A stretch of 64,000 nt of DNA. It comes from Octopus sinensis. Taxonomy: Eukaryota. Under the pieces are notes generated by a model. That model saw only the letters and a list, made by a program, of their open reading frames with translations, ran no database searches and had not been told where the DNA came from. Where the stretch lies: NCBI RefSeq assembly GCF_006345805.1, contig NC_042998.1, forward strand, positions 204,476,001-204,540,000, given 5' to 3'. Positions 27,681 through 38,872 of this stretch are shown here, in pieces. The number at the start of each line of letters is the position of its first letter. Within the stretch, counting starts at the first letter, position 1. The translations under genes and the position numbers were made by a program.

Positions 27681-28014
27681 GGATGAGGATAATGGACATG
27701 AGTTTCAAATGCAGACATTTTGCTGAATAGCTTTTGTTTTCCCTGATGGACATCTTGTATGCCGAGATAGACTTTTCTCATCCAGAAGTAAACATGACAT
27801 TATCTGTCAAAAGACGAAATTAATTCAGTTTTAAACAAATCAAAGAAATGTCAATGAGGAATTGGCAGAACTGTTAGAATATTGGACGAAATACTTAGAA
27901 ACTAATTCTTCCAACTCAATATTCTGAGTTCAAATTCTGTCATGGTTCACTTTGCCTTTTGTCCTTTCAAGATCAATAAAGTAAGTACCAGTGAAACACT
28001 GGGGTTCATGTGCT

Positions 28015-28520
28015 ATTATTATTTTTTTTATCCTTCTTTCTTCAAATTTTCTTCCGTTCCTCGCTGGGTGTTTTCCGTACACCTAGAGCAGAGAAGCTTA
28101 TTGTATGCATTCCCAGATTACACATGCAAATTCACAGGTAAAATATGTATTTAAGAATAAATAAATAAATTCATGGATAGATGTTGTTTTCACAGCGATA
28201 ATGATCTTCTCAGTACATGAGCCGTTCCAGTTAACACGATATTTTGTACTTCCTGTAGAGATGGTAAGCCTGGTATCGTTTTCAAATAGGTTTCAGTACC
28301 TTTTTTTTTTATCATTCCTAGAGATCCTACAATCACTGGTACTGTAGTCACCTTGAGATGCCACATTTTTTCAATTTCTATTAGCAAGTCTTTATATTTA
28401 CTAATCTTGTCAAATTCTTTCGCCGCTTTATTGTGATCGCAAGGAATACTCATGTCAATTAATAAACACATCCTTTTTGTCTGATCTTTTATAATAAGAG
28501 ATCCGGTTTATTAGCTTTTA
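28015..28520 (-). mobile_element. R4/Dong-like RLE-type LINE 3' fragment
   Basis: ORF 28190-28471 (LIDMSIPCD..KISKYKDL..EIEKMW..VPVIVGSLG..IVLTGTAHVLR) is a PD-(D/E)xK restriction-like endonuclease tail; abuts (TAA)n. Confidence 0.8.
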
Positions 28521-28989
28521 TTATTATTATTATTATTATTATTAAGGTGGCAAGCTGGAAGAATCGATAGCATGCTGGATGAAATGTTTAGTGGTTTTCA
28601 TCTGTCCTTATGTTCTCAGTTCAAATTCCACTGAGGTCAACTTTGCCATTCATTCTTTCAGGGTCAATAAAACTGAACACTGAGGTCAATGTAATTGACC
28701 CATCCCCACCTCCCCAAGCTGCTCTTGTGACAAAAATTTCAAATAATTATCATCATCATCATTATTGTTGTTGTTAAGGCAACAAACTGGCAGAATTGTT
28801 GGTATGCCAAGCAAAACGCTTCGCAGCATCCCGTCCATCTTTAGATCAAATTCCGCCATGGTCTTCTTTACTTTTTTTTCCTTTTGAAGTCGAAAAAATA
28901 AGTACCAGTTGCGTACTGGGGATTGATCAACTTACCCCCTCCCCTGAACTTGTTGGCCTTGTGCCAAAATTTGAAACCAGTATTATTAT

Positions 28990-31700
28990 TACTTTTTTCT
29001 TTATCACATTATCCGTTCTTTCCAGCTACCTAATACTTTCCTGGTTATTCTGGCCGTGCCAACAAAGCAAACCTTTTGTAACACTTCTACTGGGCACTCT
29101 ATTCCAATTTCCTTTATATTCCCCTTGATGAGGAATATAAAAGGGGCATGCAACATCAACTATATAACAGATTTGGTGCACCTTGTCCACTACCACTAGG
29201 TCCAGGCTGTTATGCTCTAGCACCTGATATGTTTGTATTGGGAAATCTCAGAGGATTTTGCTAGTCTCCAACTCCACCACCCTCTGTGGTTAGTGCTCAT
29301 ACCATGTCTTGCCTCTCTCTAGCCCCCACTTATCGCACAGTTGCCAATGTAGCCCTTATGCTACCTGATCGTGTCGTCACAACTTGCAGTGGTTTTGCCC
29401 ATATCACAACTTTGTTTTCGATATGGGCAATGGTTTCATTTGCTCCATTGCTGATGTGACACAGCAGAGACACTTGCTCATTCCTATGGTTAACCCTCCA
29501 GATCGTGGCCAAAGCTTGGTCTTGCACAGCCAGTAGAATGCTTTCAGTCTCTTTCTTCAGCCAATCCCCCCATCTATGTCTTCCAGCTACTTCTCTTGTG
29601 GCTACATAGAATCAATCGTGTTGTCCCCTTCTTGCGTAATTCTTCTTCATGTTCTTTTTGTCCTTCTTCCATTGCTTTTCCCTTTTCACTCTGCTCTCAA
29701 TACTCCCTCGTTCCTACCTGTCACTAGCAAAGTTTCCTTACTTTGGGCTCAGTATCTCATTAAGCTCTTCACTTTGATGCATACACAGTCTTCCACACTC
29801 ATCAGTCTCCTTCCTCCATTTGCCCTCTTCATGTATAAGTGATCAGTGTCTGCACATGGATGATAGGCTCCATGCATCGTTAGGAGCTTTCTTGTCTTCT
29901 TGTGCAAAATCCTTTAGCTCCTCCTCCGTCCACTTCAGAATTCCAGTGCCATACCGAACTGCTGCTGTTTCTAGCATTCAGCTTTGAAGCCAATCTTTTT
30001 CTCACTCGCCACAGGTACTCTTTCTTTGTCTTTTCCTTCATGTTCTTCGTGTTTGATTCCATCTGCCTCAAGTATTCCCAGGTATTTATTGCTGGATTCA
30101 GGTTGAATTACCTTCATCATTTCACCATTTGGCATACCCACTTCTGTCCTGACAAGCTTTCCTCGTCACATCACCATCATAGCAAGTGGTTCAGTTTTCC
30201 CTTACCTCTTCAAAGATCATACCCCAACTTTGTCTTCTGTAGTACTTCACTCAAGGGGACACACTGTCCCCCATGGAAGATTTTTCTCTTGATTTTCGCC
30301 TCAATGTACCCAACTAATTCCCTACCACCAAATTTGCTGAGCCGAAATCTGAAATGATCGTATTTATTTGCTTCAACATTTCTTTAATTCCTTCATAGAA
30401 AAGTAAGAATATTCGTAAATGGCACCTGTGAGTCACAGTTGCTGGTGGTGCCGTGGAAATGGCACTCATGACTCGTAGTCATGGTCACTGCCAGTGCCAT
30501 GCGAATGGCACCCACGCATCATATTCATAGTTGTTGTTGGTGCCATGAAAATGGCCCCCACCCATGAACTGTAGTCGTGGTCACTGCCAGTATCACATCC
30601 ATTCTGGTGGCACGTAAAAGGCACTCATTACCCTCCTGGAGTGGTTGGCATTAGGAAGGGCATCCAGCCATAGAAAACCATGACAAATCAGACTTGAACC
30701 TGGTGCAGCTCATTAGCTCCAATCAAACCATCCAACCCATGCCAGTATGGAGAGCAGATATCAAGTAATGATGATATCATCAACATCATTTAACGTCCAT
30801 TTTCCATGCTGGCATGGATTGGATGGTTTGACAGGAACTGGTAAGGCCCTCGGCCACACCAGGTTCCATTGTCTGCTTTGGCCTTGTTTCTAAAACTCGA
30901 TGCCCTTCCTAGTGCCAACCACTTTGCAGAGTAGGCTGGGTGCTTTTTATGTGGCATCATCACCAATGCTCTTTCCATAGCACCTTGGTTTTAGGAAATC
31001 TGTTTTGTTGTGGTGGATAGGTTGTCTTGAGTCCAGCATCACAAATCTCGGCCCTCGGTCAGCTCCTTCATAAAGCTCAATGTTTTGAGATTGTCCTTCA
31101 GTTCTTTGTCTCATGTCCTCTTGGGTCTCCATCTTCCACGATTTCCCTCCACTTGAAGCAATCAGCAACATCTTGGGAAGTCCTTCTACAGACAGCAGTC
31201 ATCTGAAAATTGAAAGTGAGGGAGTACCCCCTTATGGAACTGTTGTTTTTTGGGGGGTTTTTTTTAATAAACAAAATCTGAAAATTCCATTTTTATCATG
31301 GAGTATAATAAAAATTAACAATTGAAGTTTGTGATATTATTTTTAATTCGAAGTTTACAACTGTTTCAACTACTCCATGGTAACTAATCTCACGTTATGT
31401 TTATAAACAAGTCTGCTATTAAAGTCACCCATATTCAAGGAATGATTTACATTTTGACTGTAACACCTGTATGCCATTGTGGTTTCATCTAGCAAGTTTA
31501 TTAGTGGAGTCAGAGCACGAGAGAAAAGGAGTGGAGACAGTGAGTCACCTTGGAAGATTCCTCTTATATACATTGGGCTTCTTTTGATAATAGTCTCCCT
31601 GTTTTCAATGATTTAACAGTTTTCCATTTTGTATTTACAAGGTTGAGTTATTCTAAGTGTTGGAGCAACCTTATCTATGGAGAGTGACTTTAGTATCCAA
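28990..31700 (-). mobile_element. Heavily decayed R4/Dong-like LINE, interrupted by RTE 3' UTR inserts at ~30420-30960
   Basis: Fragments GIFQGDSLSPLLF..LTPLINLL (RT), KEYLWRVRKRLASKLN, QDQALAT, C..NGANETIAHI and DLVVVDK..IVDVACPF occur in correct order on the minus strand. Confidence 0.75.
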
Positions 31701-31744
31701 AATTATGAAATACTGTCGAAAAGCATCTCATACTAAATCCATGT

Positions 31745-32040
31745 TCCTACTCGAGCCATTCCTGGCTCATAAGGGCCGGTTTCCCAGTTTCCTTGGCGTA
31801 TAGGTTCCCCACCTGGACGGGACGCCAGTCTGTCGCAGGTGAGCTGCAAGATGCAGGAGGAAAGAGTGAGAGAAAGTTGTGGTGAAAGAGTCAGCAGAAA
31901 TTCACCATTACCTTCTGCCGGAGTCACGTGGAGCTTAGGTGTTTTGCTCATAAACACACACATCGCCTGGTCTGAGATTCGAACCCGCTATCCCTCGACC
32001 GCAAGTCCGCTGCTCTAACCACTAGGCCATGTGCCTCCAC
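31745..32040 (-). mobile_element. Well-preserved tRNA SINE, V-SINE-like
   Basis: Reverse complement: TGGCCTAGTGGTTAGAG (A box), GGTTCGAATCTC (B box), GAGCAAAACACCTAA and CTGCGACAGACTGGCGTCCCGTCCAGG. The V-domain assignment is from memory. Confidence 0.7.
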
Positions 32041-32339
32041 ACTCAATCCAATCAACTCTGTTTTCCTCTTCATCAATGGCCAAAATCACCAGCAGCTGTT
32101 CTTTATTGCCCTATAACCCTTTCTGACGCCATTTTTGTTCTCCTGGTATGATATTGTTGTTTTCCAGATATGCAATTAGCTGGTTGTACATAATTGATGG
32201 TAGGCATGTTATGGGCCTACAATTTTGTAGGTGTATGGTATTTTTGTTTTTTAGGGATTAGATGCTGGAGGAGGGTTTTAGTCTTCCAGCATCCAGTCAG
32301 GGGTCAATTCTGGTCTGCTTAACATTTCACTAAATACCT

Positions 32340-32570
32340 ATTTCTTTACTGCCCACAAGAGGCTAAACATAAAGGGGACAAAAGACAGACAAAGAGATTA
32401 AGTCGATTACATCAACCCCAGTGTGAAACTGGTACTTTATTTATCGACCCCGAAAGGATGAAAAGCAAAGTCGACCTCGGTAGAATTTGAACTCAGAACG
32501 TAACGACAGGCGAAAAACCGCTAAGCATTTCGCCTGGTGTGCTAACGACTCTGCCAGCTCACCACCTTAA
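32340..32570 (-). mobile_element. tRNA SINE family C (Meta-like central domain)
   Basis: Same sequence as 59366-59597. Confidence 0.8.
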
Positions 32571-32852
32571 CATATCACTAAATATAGGCACCACATGGAT
32601 AATGATGAGGTGTTTTAGCCAGGAGTGAGGAATCCTGTCTATTTGTGGTGTTTCCCAGTTGCTGGTGATTCTCAATGTCTCAGGGATTTCTTTAATGGCT
32701 GCAGCTGGCCATGTCTATTGTTATAGAAAACTTTTTCACTCCGTCTTCCATTCTTACTCATTCTGCATTTTGGTTATATTCGATTTTCTCCCCTCCACCT
32801 TCCCTCCCAATAATGTCTGCATTTCTGAGGTTGTTGGTGAGTCTTCTATTTT

Positions 32853-33204
32853 CTCTTTTACTTGTTTCCGTCATTTGACTGCGGCCATGCTGGAGCACTG
32901 CCTTTAGTTGAGCAAATCGACCCCGGGACTTATTCTTTGTAAGCCTAGTACTTATTCTATCGGTCTCTTTTGCCGAACCACTAAGTTACAGGGACATAAA
33001 CACACCAGCATCGGTTGTCAAGCAATATTGGAGGACAAACACAAACACACACATATAAATATATACACATATATATGACAGCCTTCTTTCAGCTTCTGTC
33101 AACCAAATCCACCCACAAGGCTTTGGTGGTCCCAAGGCTATAGTAGAAGACACTTGCCCAAGGTGCCACGCAAGCTACTTACCACACAGGCCACTCCTAC
33201 GCCT
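32853..33204 (-). mobile_element. CORE-type SINE (family A)
   Basis: Reverse complement of the family A layout, with a deletion in the head. Confidence 0.8.
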
Positions 33205-33638
33205 ACGTAGTTTCTTTTTCTTTTTTCTTTCAATTTTTTTTTCTGCCTCTTTTGTCTGCTGGGACCCTGAAGCAGACTGACAAACCTTTCTGGATATTCC
33301 TTTGTTGTGAGGGAGAGGAAAGATAGGATTATTTAGACAGAGCCCTTCATCAATTTTAGAAAATTTTTTCATTAAGTATTGAGACAAATCCAAAAAATAA
33401 AGAGAATGGTTCCAGTTCCTGTCAAATGATTTAGAAAGTATATAAATACATAAAAACACAAAACCATTTCTGTAGAAACATTTAATGCTTACCTCAAATT
33501 CTTGGAAGAAGCATTCGGGTTTCTCACAGCATTCTGTGCGACATGGTTTCGCTGTTAGGCTCTGCTTTAGTTTTCCTTTCGCTTCCAAGATGTCTACCTT
33601 TTTCTGTTTATCTTCTATTTCGTTGCTATTGGATTCCC

Positions 33639-33870
33639 AGTACTACTTAAGAAGAGTGGTCCCGGTGCGCGTACTCGCGCATCCGCGCTAGCTAGTCGTG
33701 ACTAGTCGATCCTACGACGACTACCTAGCAAAGTAAATAAAACACAAAATAATTTCTTTTTTAAACAAAGTAAATAAAACAAAAACACAAAGTAAGGATC
33801 GACTAGTCACGTCTAGCTAGCACGGATGCGCAAGTGAGCGCACCGGGACCACTCTTCTTAAGTAGTACCT
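33639..33870. mobile_element. MITE with ~75-bp TIRs and 8-bp TSD (GGATTCCC)
   Basis: GTACTACTTAAGAAGAGTGGTCCCGGTGCGC... / ...GCGCACCGGGACCACTCTTCTTAAGTAGTAC. TSD copies at 33631-33638 and 33871-33878. Confidence 0.85.
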
Positions 33871-34191
33871 GGATTCCCTCTTTTTCTTTCTTTTAAATGT
33901 CAGATCTTTTTTTTTTTTTTTCAAATTCAAAAATTAACCAAAAAAAGGTCTTTTCTTGGTTTTTCTGATTTTGTATGCTATATTATCTTTTTCCTTTTGG
34001 GGGTCATGAAGTTCGAGCCGTTTCTCTTGATATCTCTACAGCTACAGAACAGACCAAGTCGTTCAAACTGTTCATCTCCAGGCGGACTCATATCCTGAGC
34101 ACATATTCCTGCAGGATTCTTATAGTCATCCTTTCATTCAGATCTTTTGTCCTTTGTCTTTTTTTAGAACATAAACAACTTTTATCATAAA

Positions 34192-34637
34192 CTAGCAGCA
34201 TCGCCCGGTGTTGCTCGGGTTTGTTTCGACCCTTTAGAATTGGAATTTTTGAAAAGTAAAAATTTTGCATTATGTAGCTTGTTATTCTCTTTAAGTGAAC
34301 ATTTTTCTGGTTGAAATACACCGAAAAATGGCAACACAGCAGTCAAAAAATCGTAAAAAAAAGGGATTTTCATAGAAAAAAAAAGTATCTTTTTGATGTA
34401 AATACTTTTTGGTCTTAACATGGTCCGATTTGAATTTTTTCTTCTACGGAAGGAAGAGCAAGCCTTCTTCTATCATACTCTCAATTTTGGTCAACTTGCG
34501 CCGCAGGGTCTCGGAGGAGATAGTGTTAGTTGAAGGCTACCAAACCTGCCATACACAGACAACTTCAGCTTTGAAAGGGGTCGGGGAAAGGGTTTCTTTT
34601 TTCTTCAGAAATGTAAATAAACCGACGTGAGTTTATA
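34192..34637 (-). mobile_element. Non-autonomous Helitron (different body, same 3' end)
   Basis: Reverse complement ends AAACCCGAGCAACACCGGGCGATGCTGCTAG|T. The 5' TC end is not clearly seen. Confidence 0.7.
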
Positions 34638-36080
34638 ATTGGCAGTTATGGTACTTGTGCCGAAAGATCGCCGAGATTTTTACAGGAAGAAAAGAAAAAA
34701 AAAATTAAATTATCGAGAGAAAAAAAAAACATAACTACCAAAGAAACGAAAGGGAAAAAAAAGGGTGGAAATGAAACAGCAGAAGATGGTGGGGAGGGAG
34801 TAAGAAGTTGTAAACCCCAGAACAAAGGAGGTGTTTGGCAATTCCTTGCAGACATGATTGCAAGGGCGTTGCTGTGGCAGAGAATGGCCAGTGATGCTTA
34901 GTGCAGCATCCACAGGACTCGCTTCTCAGACGGTCTTCAGTTATTCCAATTTTGCAATGGAATTTGGCAATGCAGGGTACAAGAACACCTGTGGATCGAC
35001 AGCAACCATCGCAAACTGATGGCGACCGTTTAAGCTCTTGGTGCACGTTTTGTGTGTAGTTCTGATCTGCTGTGCCATGCATTTTGTGTATGGACAACCC
35101 GGTACTACATAATTTTACTTTGATTTGGGGGATGGGTCAAACTAAAGGGTCTGACCTGGGCATAAAAACAAACAAAAAAATAGTGAAATATGTGTAAAAC
35201 AACTTGCTCTAAACGAATGTGACAAAAAAATGCGCACTCGCGAAGGGGGGGGGCTCGGAAAATTCACATCTTCAGTCCATGGCTTTTAAACTGTAGTGTT
35301 TGATCCGCGCCGGAAAAAAAAGGGTAATTGGTGCGTAACTACTTGTTCTAAACGATTATCAAGAGCACACACACACACAAAGAGAAATGGTTGGTTCAAG
35401 GCAAGTGTGCATTGAACGGAATTTAGATAAGCAAGAAAGATATTATCAAAGAAAAGGCCATAGCACCATCTTTAGTATCTGTTGTTATTATTATTATTAT
35501 TATGGAGTTGAATGTGTGTGTGTGGTGAAGTTATTAATATCAATAGATTAAGCAACACCATTGAAGTGAAATAATAGTTTCTATACTTTTGGTTTGGCAC
35601 CGCAGAATTGAGTCAAAGACTATTTAATACAAGTCAGCAGACTTGGATTTTTATGACCTTTAGTTTGACCCTAGGTTGGCAGCCAGCATCAATTCTATTT
35701 GAATTAATTTAATATTCAGTGTAATGATACACCTTTATTGGTTAATGAATGACGTGAAAATCATTTTCATTATAAGTCAATAAAAAGAGAGTTATTAGCA
35801 ATTAAAGTTTGGAAATTTATGAACAGGTCAACAAAATGTTTGTTTCTCAAAAAACATTTCATTTGTAAGGTGTTCATCGCACCTGCCTTAAATGGATATT
35901 GAATGCTTAAAACTACTTGTTAATTCGTTTCTTTTTGTCATTAAGGTAGTTGTGGGGGATGCTAAAAATAACAGCTAAATAACGTTTTTTGAATAAAACT
36001 TTTTAATTAACATAAACATTTATTTAAATTCTGTTGTGTCTGGGGAGAGTCCTTCTCTTTTTCTGCCTTATAATTTAAGA

Positions 36081-36236
36081 CACTCACCGGTGAAATTTCC
36101 ACTTATTTCTTATTTTTATTTACCTAAAATTTTCGTTGCGTCTTGAAACCTTTTCAATAGCCAAGACTTTTCAACAAGCAACAAAAATTTTAGGAAAATA
36201 AAAATAAGAAATAAGTGGAAATTTTACCGGTGAGTG
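36081..36236. mobile_element. Tc1/mariner-like MITE (~156 bp)
   Basis: Near-perfect ~60-bp TIRs CACTCACCGGTGAAATTTCCACTTATTTCTTATTTTTATTT / AAATAAAAATAAGAAATAAGTGGAAATTTTACCGGTGAGTG. A TA TSD is not intact. Confidence 0.7.
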
Positions 36237-36659
36237 TGTTACATTATAAGGCACCAAAAGAGAATGACTCTTATTTCTTTATTGTCGACAAGGGGCCAAA
36301 CACAGGGGGACAAACAAGGACGGGCAGATGGATTAAGTCGATTATATCGACCCCAGTGCGCAACTGGTACTTATTTAATCGTCCCCGAAAGGATGAAAGG
36401 CAGAGTCGACCTCGGCGGAATTTGAACTCAGAAAGGCATCAAAAGAGACTGACTCTCCCCAGACACAACAAAACATGCTTCAACACACGAATTCACATAA
36501 AGAATCTTGCAAACCAAATCCAAAAACGAAATAAATATTTAAAGGAAAGAAAATTACCGGAGAACTTTCATCAAATTCTTGCAAATCTTTCTGTTAAAAC
36601 TATTGAAGCCATTTGTAAGGCGAAAATGTGTGTTTTATGGCATTTGCCTTAAAAGCCTG

Positions 36660-37000
36660 ACCGAATGCTCGAAGCCGGTGCCATTTTCAGGATGCTGGCA
36701 GCAAAGAGTGCAGTCCCGCACAAAATGGCAGCTTCCAAATCCTGTTTCCTGATTGGGTGAAAAATGATCGAACTTTAAACCTCTTTAACTTTTTTTAAAA
36801 ACATTTTTTCTGGAAAAAGTGAAATTTAGCTTGGAAAAGCATATTATTGTGCCAAATTCTAAAATTTTCGATAAATTTTTGAAATGCTGGCAACCAACTA
36901 GATCCCATTTGGGTGGTATACTTTCCATTTCTTCTTCTTCCATAGTTGCTGTCTCTTTTACGACTCTTGGATGTTTCCCGCCGAGAGAGAGTTTTTTATA
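36660..37000. promoter_or_regulatory. Candidate core promoter (YY1 x2, NF-Y CCAAT, E2F-like motifs)
   Basis: GCCATTTT at 36680, CAAAATGGCAGC at 36721, CTGATTGG at ~36749 and TTTCCCGC at 36974, in non-repetitive, CpG-retaining sequence. No downstream coding exon was identified. Confidence 0.35.
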
Positions 37001-37193
37001 TCGACTGCAGACGTTTCAATAGAATCGCCATTTGTCCAACGTTGTCTTTTAATGTTGTTTTCCGTTGGATGACAACATCAGAAGATCAGTCAATCTGTTC
37101 AATGATAACTTTGAGACTGTCTCAGAGTTCCTCCTTAAAAGAAGACTTATTTCTTTCGTATTGTGGATCCTTTGATACTCAAAGGCCGAAATA

Positions 37194-37423
37194 GGGTACT
37201 ACCCGAGAACAGTGGTCCCGGTGCGCGCACTCGCGTAGTTGAGCATCCGCGCTAGCTAGTCGTGACTAGTCGATCCTACAACGACTACCTAGCAAAGTAA
37301 ATAAAACACAAAATAAATCATTTTTTAAACAATGTAAATAAAGCAAAAACACAAAGTAAGGATCGACTAGTCATGACTATCTAGCGCGGATACGCGAGTG
37401 CGCGCACCGGGACCACTGTTCTC
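37194..37423. mobile_element. Second copy of the long-TIR MITE
   Basis: GAGAACAGTGGTCCCGGTGCGCGCACTCGCGT / ACGCGAGTGCGCGCACCGGGACCACTGTTCTC with the same AT-rich core. Right outer TIR degraded, no TSD found. Confidence 0.8.
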
Positions 37424-38481
37424 AAATAGCTTATTTTCAGTTGTTGATCTCCGTTCAAAACTCTTACGTACTATTTTCAATACTTCTAGAGTCGCCTTTG
37501 AAAAATATTCCTTCTTTTGTGTTCGTTCTTAGAAATTCGCCATCTTTGTTTTGCTTTTCTTGCAACAAGAAGTTTCTGTGGCTCTTATGAGTTGTAGAAT
37601 CATTTGATTTTTGTATACGTATAAAACATTTGAGTGGAGGTGGAAGCCTACAAAAATTAAAATGTGTACGTGATTGTATAAACATTAAAATACGTAATTA
37701 ATTAATTAATTAACGCATCGTGTTGTTCGGTAAGAATTTCCTGGTCTCTCTTTGCAGTCCTTGGTCTGCAATGTCTCACTGAAATATCGTTTGTAGGAGA
37801 CAAACTAGAATTTAGATAACATTAAGCTTTCGGTTTTTGCGTTGGTTTTCATGAAGAGATTTTTTTCCCTTCAAATTTCTTCTGGTGTTTTGTTTCTATT
37901 TCGTCGATGTTGCTGAATTAAATTTATTTCGTGAAGTTTGCGATTGCACGGCCATATTTAACCTGGAAATCTTCTGGAACTGATTCTTTAGATTATCAGG
38001 GAATAATTAACTTGTATTTATTCTCTCATGTTCCAGCTCTGGGGCTAAAGCAATTTCACACCTCTCCTTGAAAAATGTATTCTTTTGAAACATTTTGTTT
38101 TCGGATTCCCACGTTTTAAATGTCGGAGATTACGAATAGACAAGAAAAATTGTCTTTTTATTTCACCCCCACCTCTTTCACATACATAACCCCAACTTAA
38201 AATTTTGATTTTGCTTACTTTAAAGAGATCATAGCGAATTGACGAACATATGCTAATCGAAATTAAATAGACAAAAACATTATAATTAAAAGAATTTGCG
38301 TTTGTCTTAAATAATCGTAAATAATACAATGTAAATTAAATATCATTTTATGAGAAACAAACATTAATATTTAATAATTAATGTCATAAAGTTTAATAAA
38401 GGGCTCAAATTTCATCCCTCCCCCAATTTAAATTTTTTCATCCATTTATTTATTTATCCCTTTCCATTTATTTATATAATA

Positions 38482-38872
38482 CTAGCAGTATCGCCCGGGG
38501 TTGCTCGGGTTTGTAAGGGAAATAACTATATAAGCATTTTTAGAGAGTTATAGCAAAAAAATGCATTAAAAATGGAAAACAAAATGATGGTAAATTTTTT
38601 TTAAATCGTTGACTCATCGTAGACATTTTTAGAGAGTTACTTCCCTTATATAATAGCGAAAAAATGCATTAAAATGGAAAAAAATGATGGTAATTTTTTT
38701 TTTTAATTGTAGACTCATTGTAGACGCGCGCTAATACCCAGAAGGGCTCGATATGAATCACGACTATAAGATACCCGGTTTTGGTTAAACTGCACCGCAA
38801 AATGTGGGAGTAGTTAGGAATCTAAATCGTAGGAGACAGACACTCTCACTACTTCACTTTTATATATAAAGA
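38482..38872 (-). mobile_element. Non-autonomous Helitron (third body type)
   Basis: Reverse complement A|TCTTTATATATAAAAG ... CTATAACTCTCTAAAAATGCTTATATAGTTATTTCCCTTACAAACCCGAGCAACCCCGGGCGATACTGCTAG|T. Confidence 0.85.

Noticed and set aside
31960-32040. tRNA-like sequence as a functional tRNA gene
   Set aside because: No closing acceptor stem; it continues into a SINE body, as do the other A/B-box heads in the window.
34735-35097. 120-aa Cys/His-containing minus ORF
   Set aside because: Cys spacing fits no zinc-binding family, and the C-terminus runs into low-complexity purine-rich sequence.
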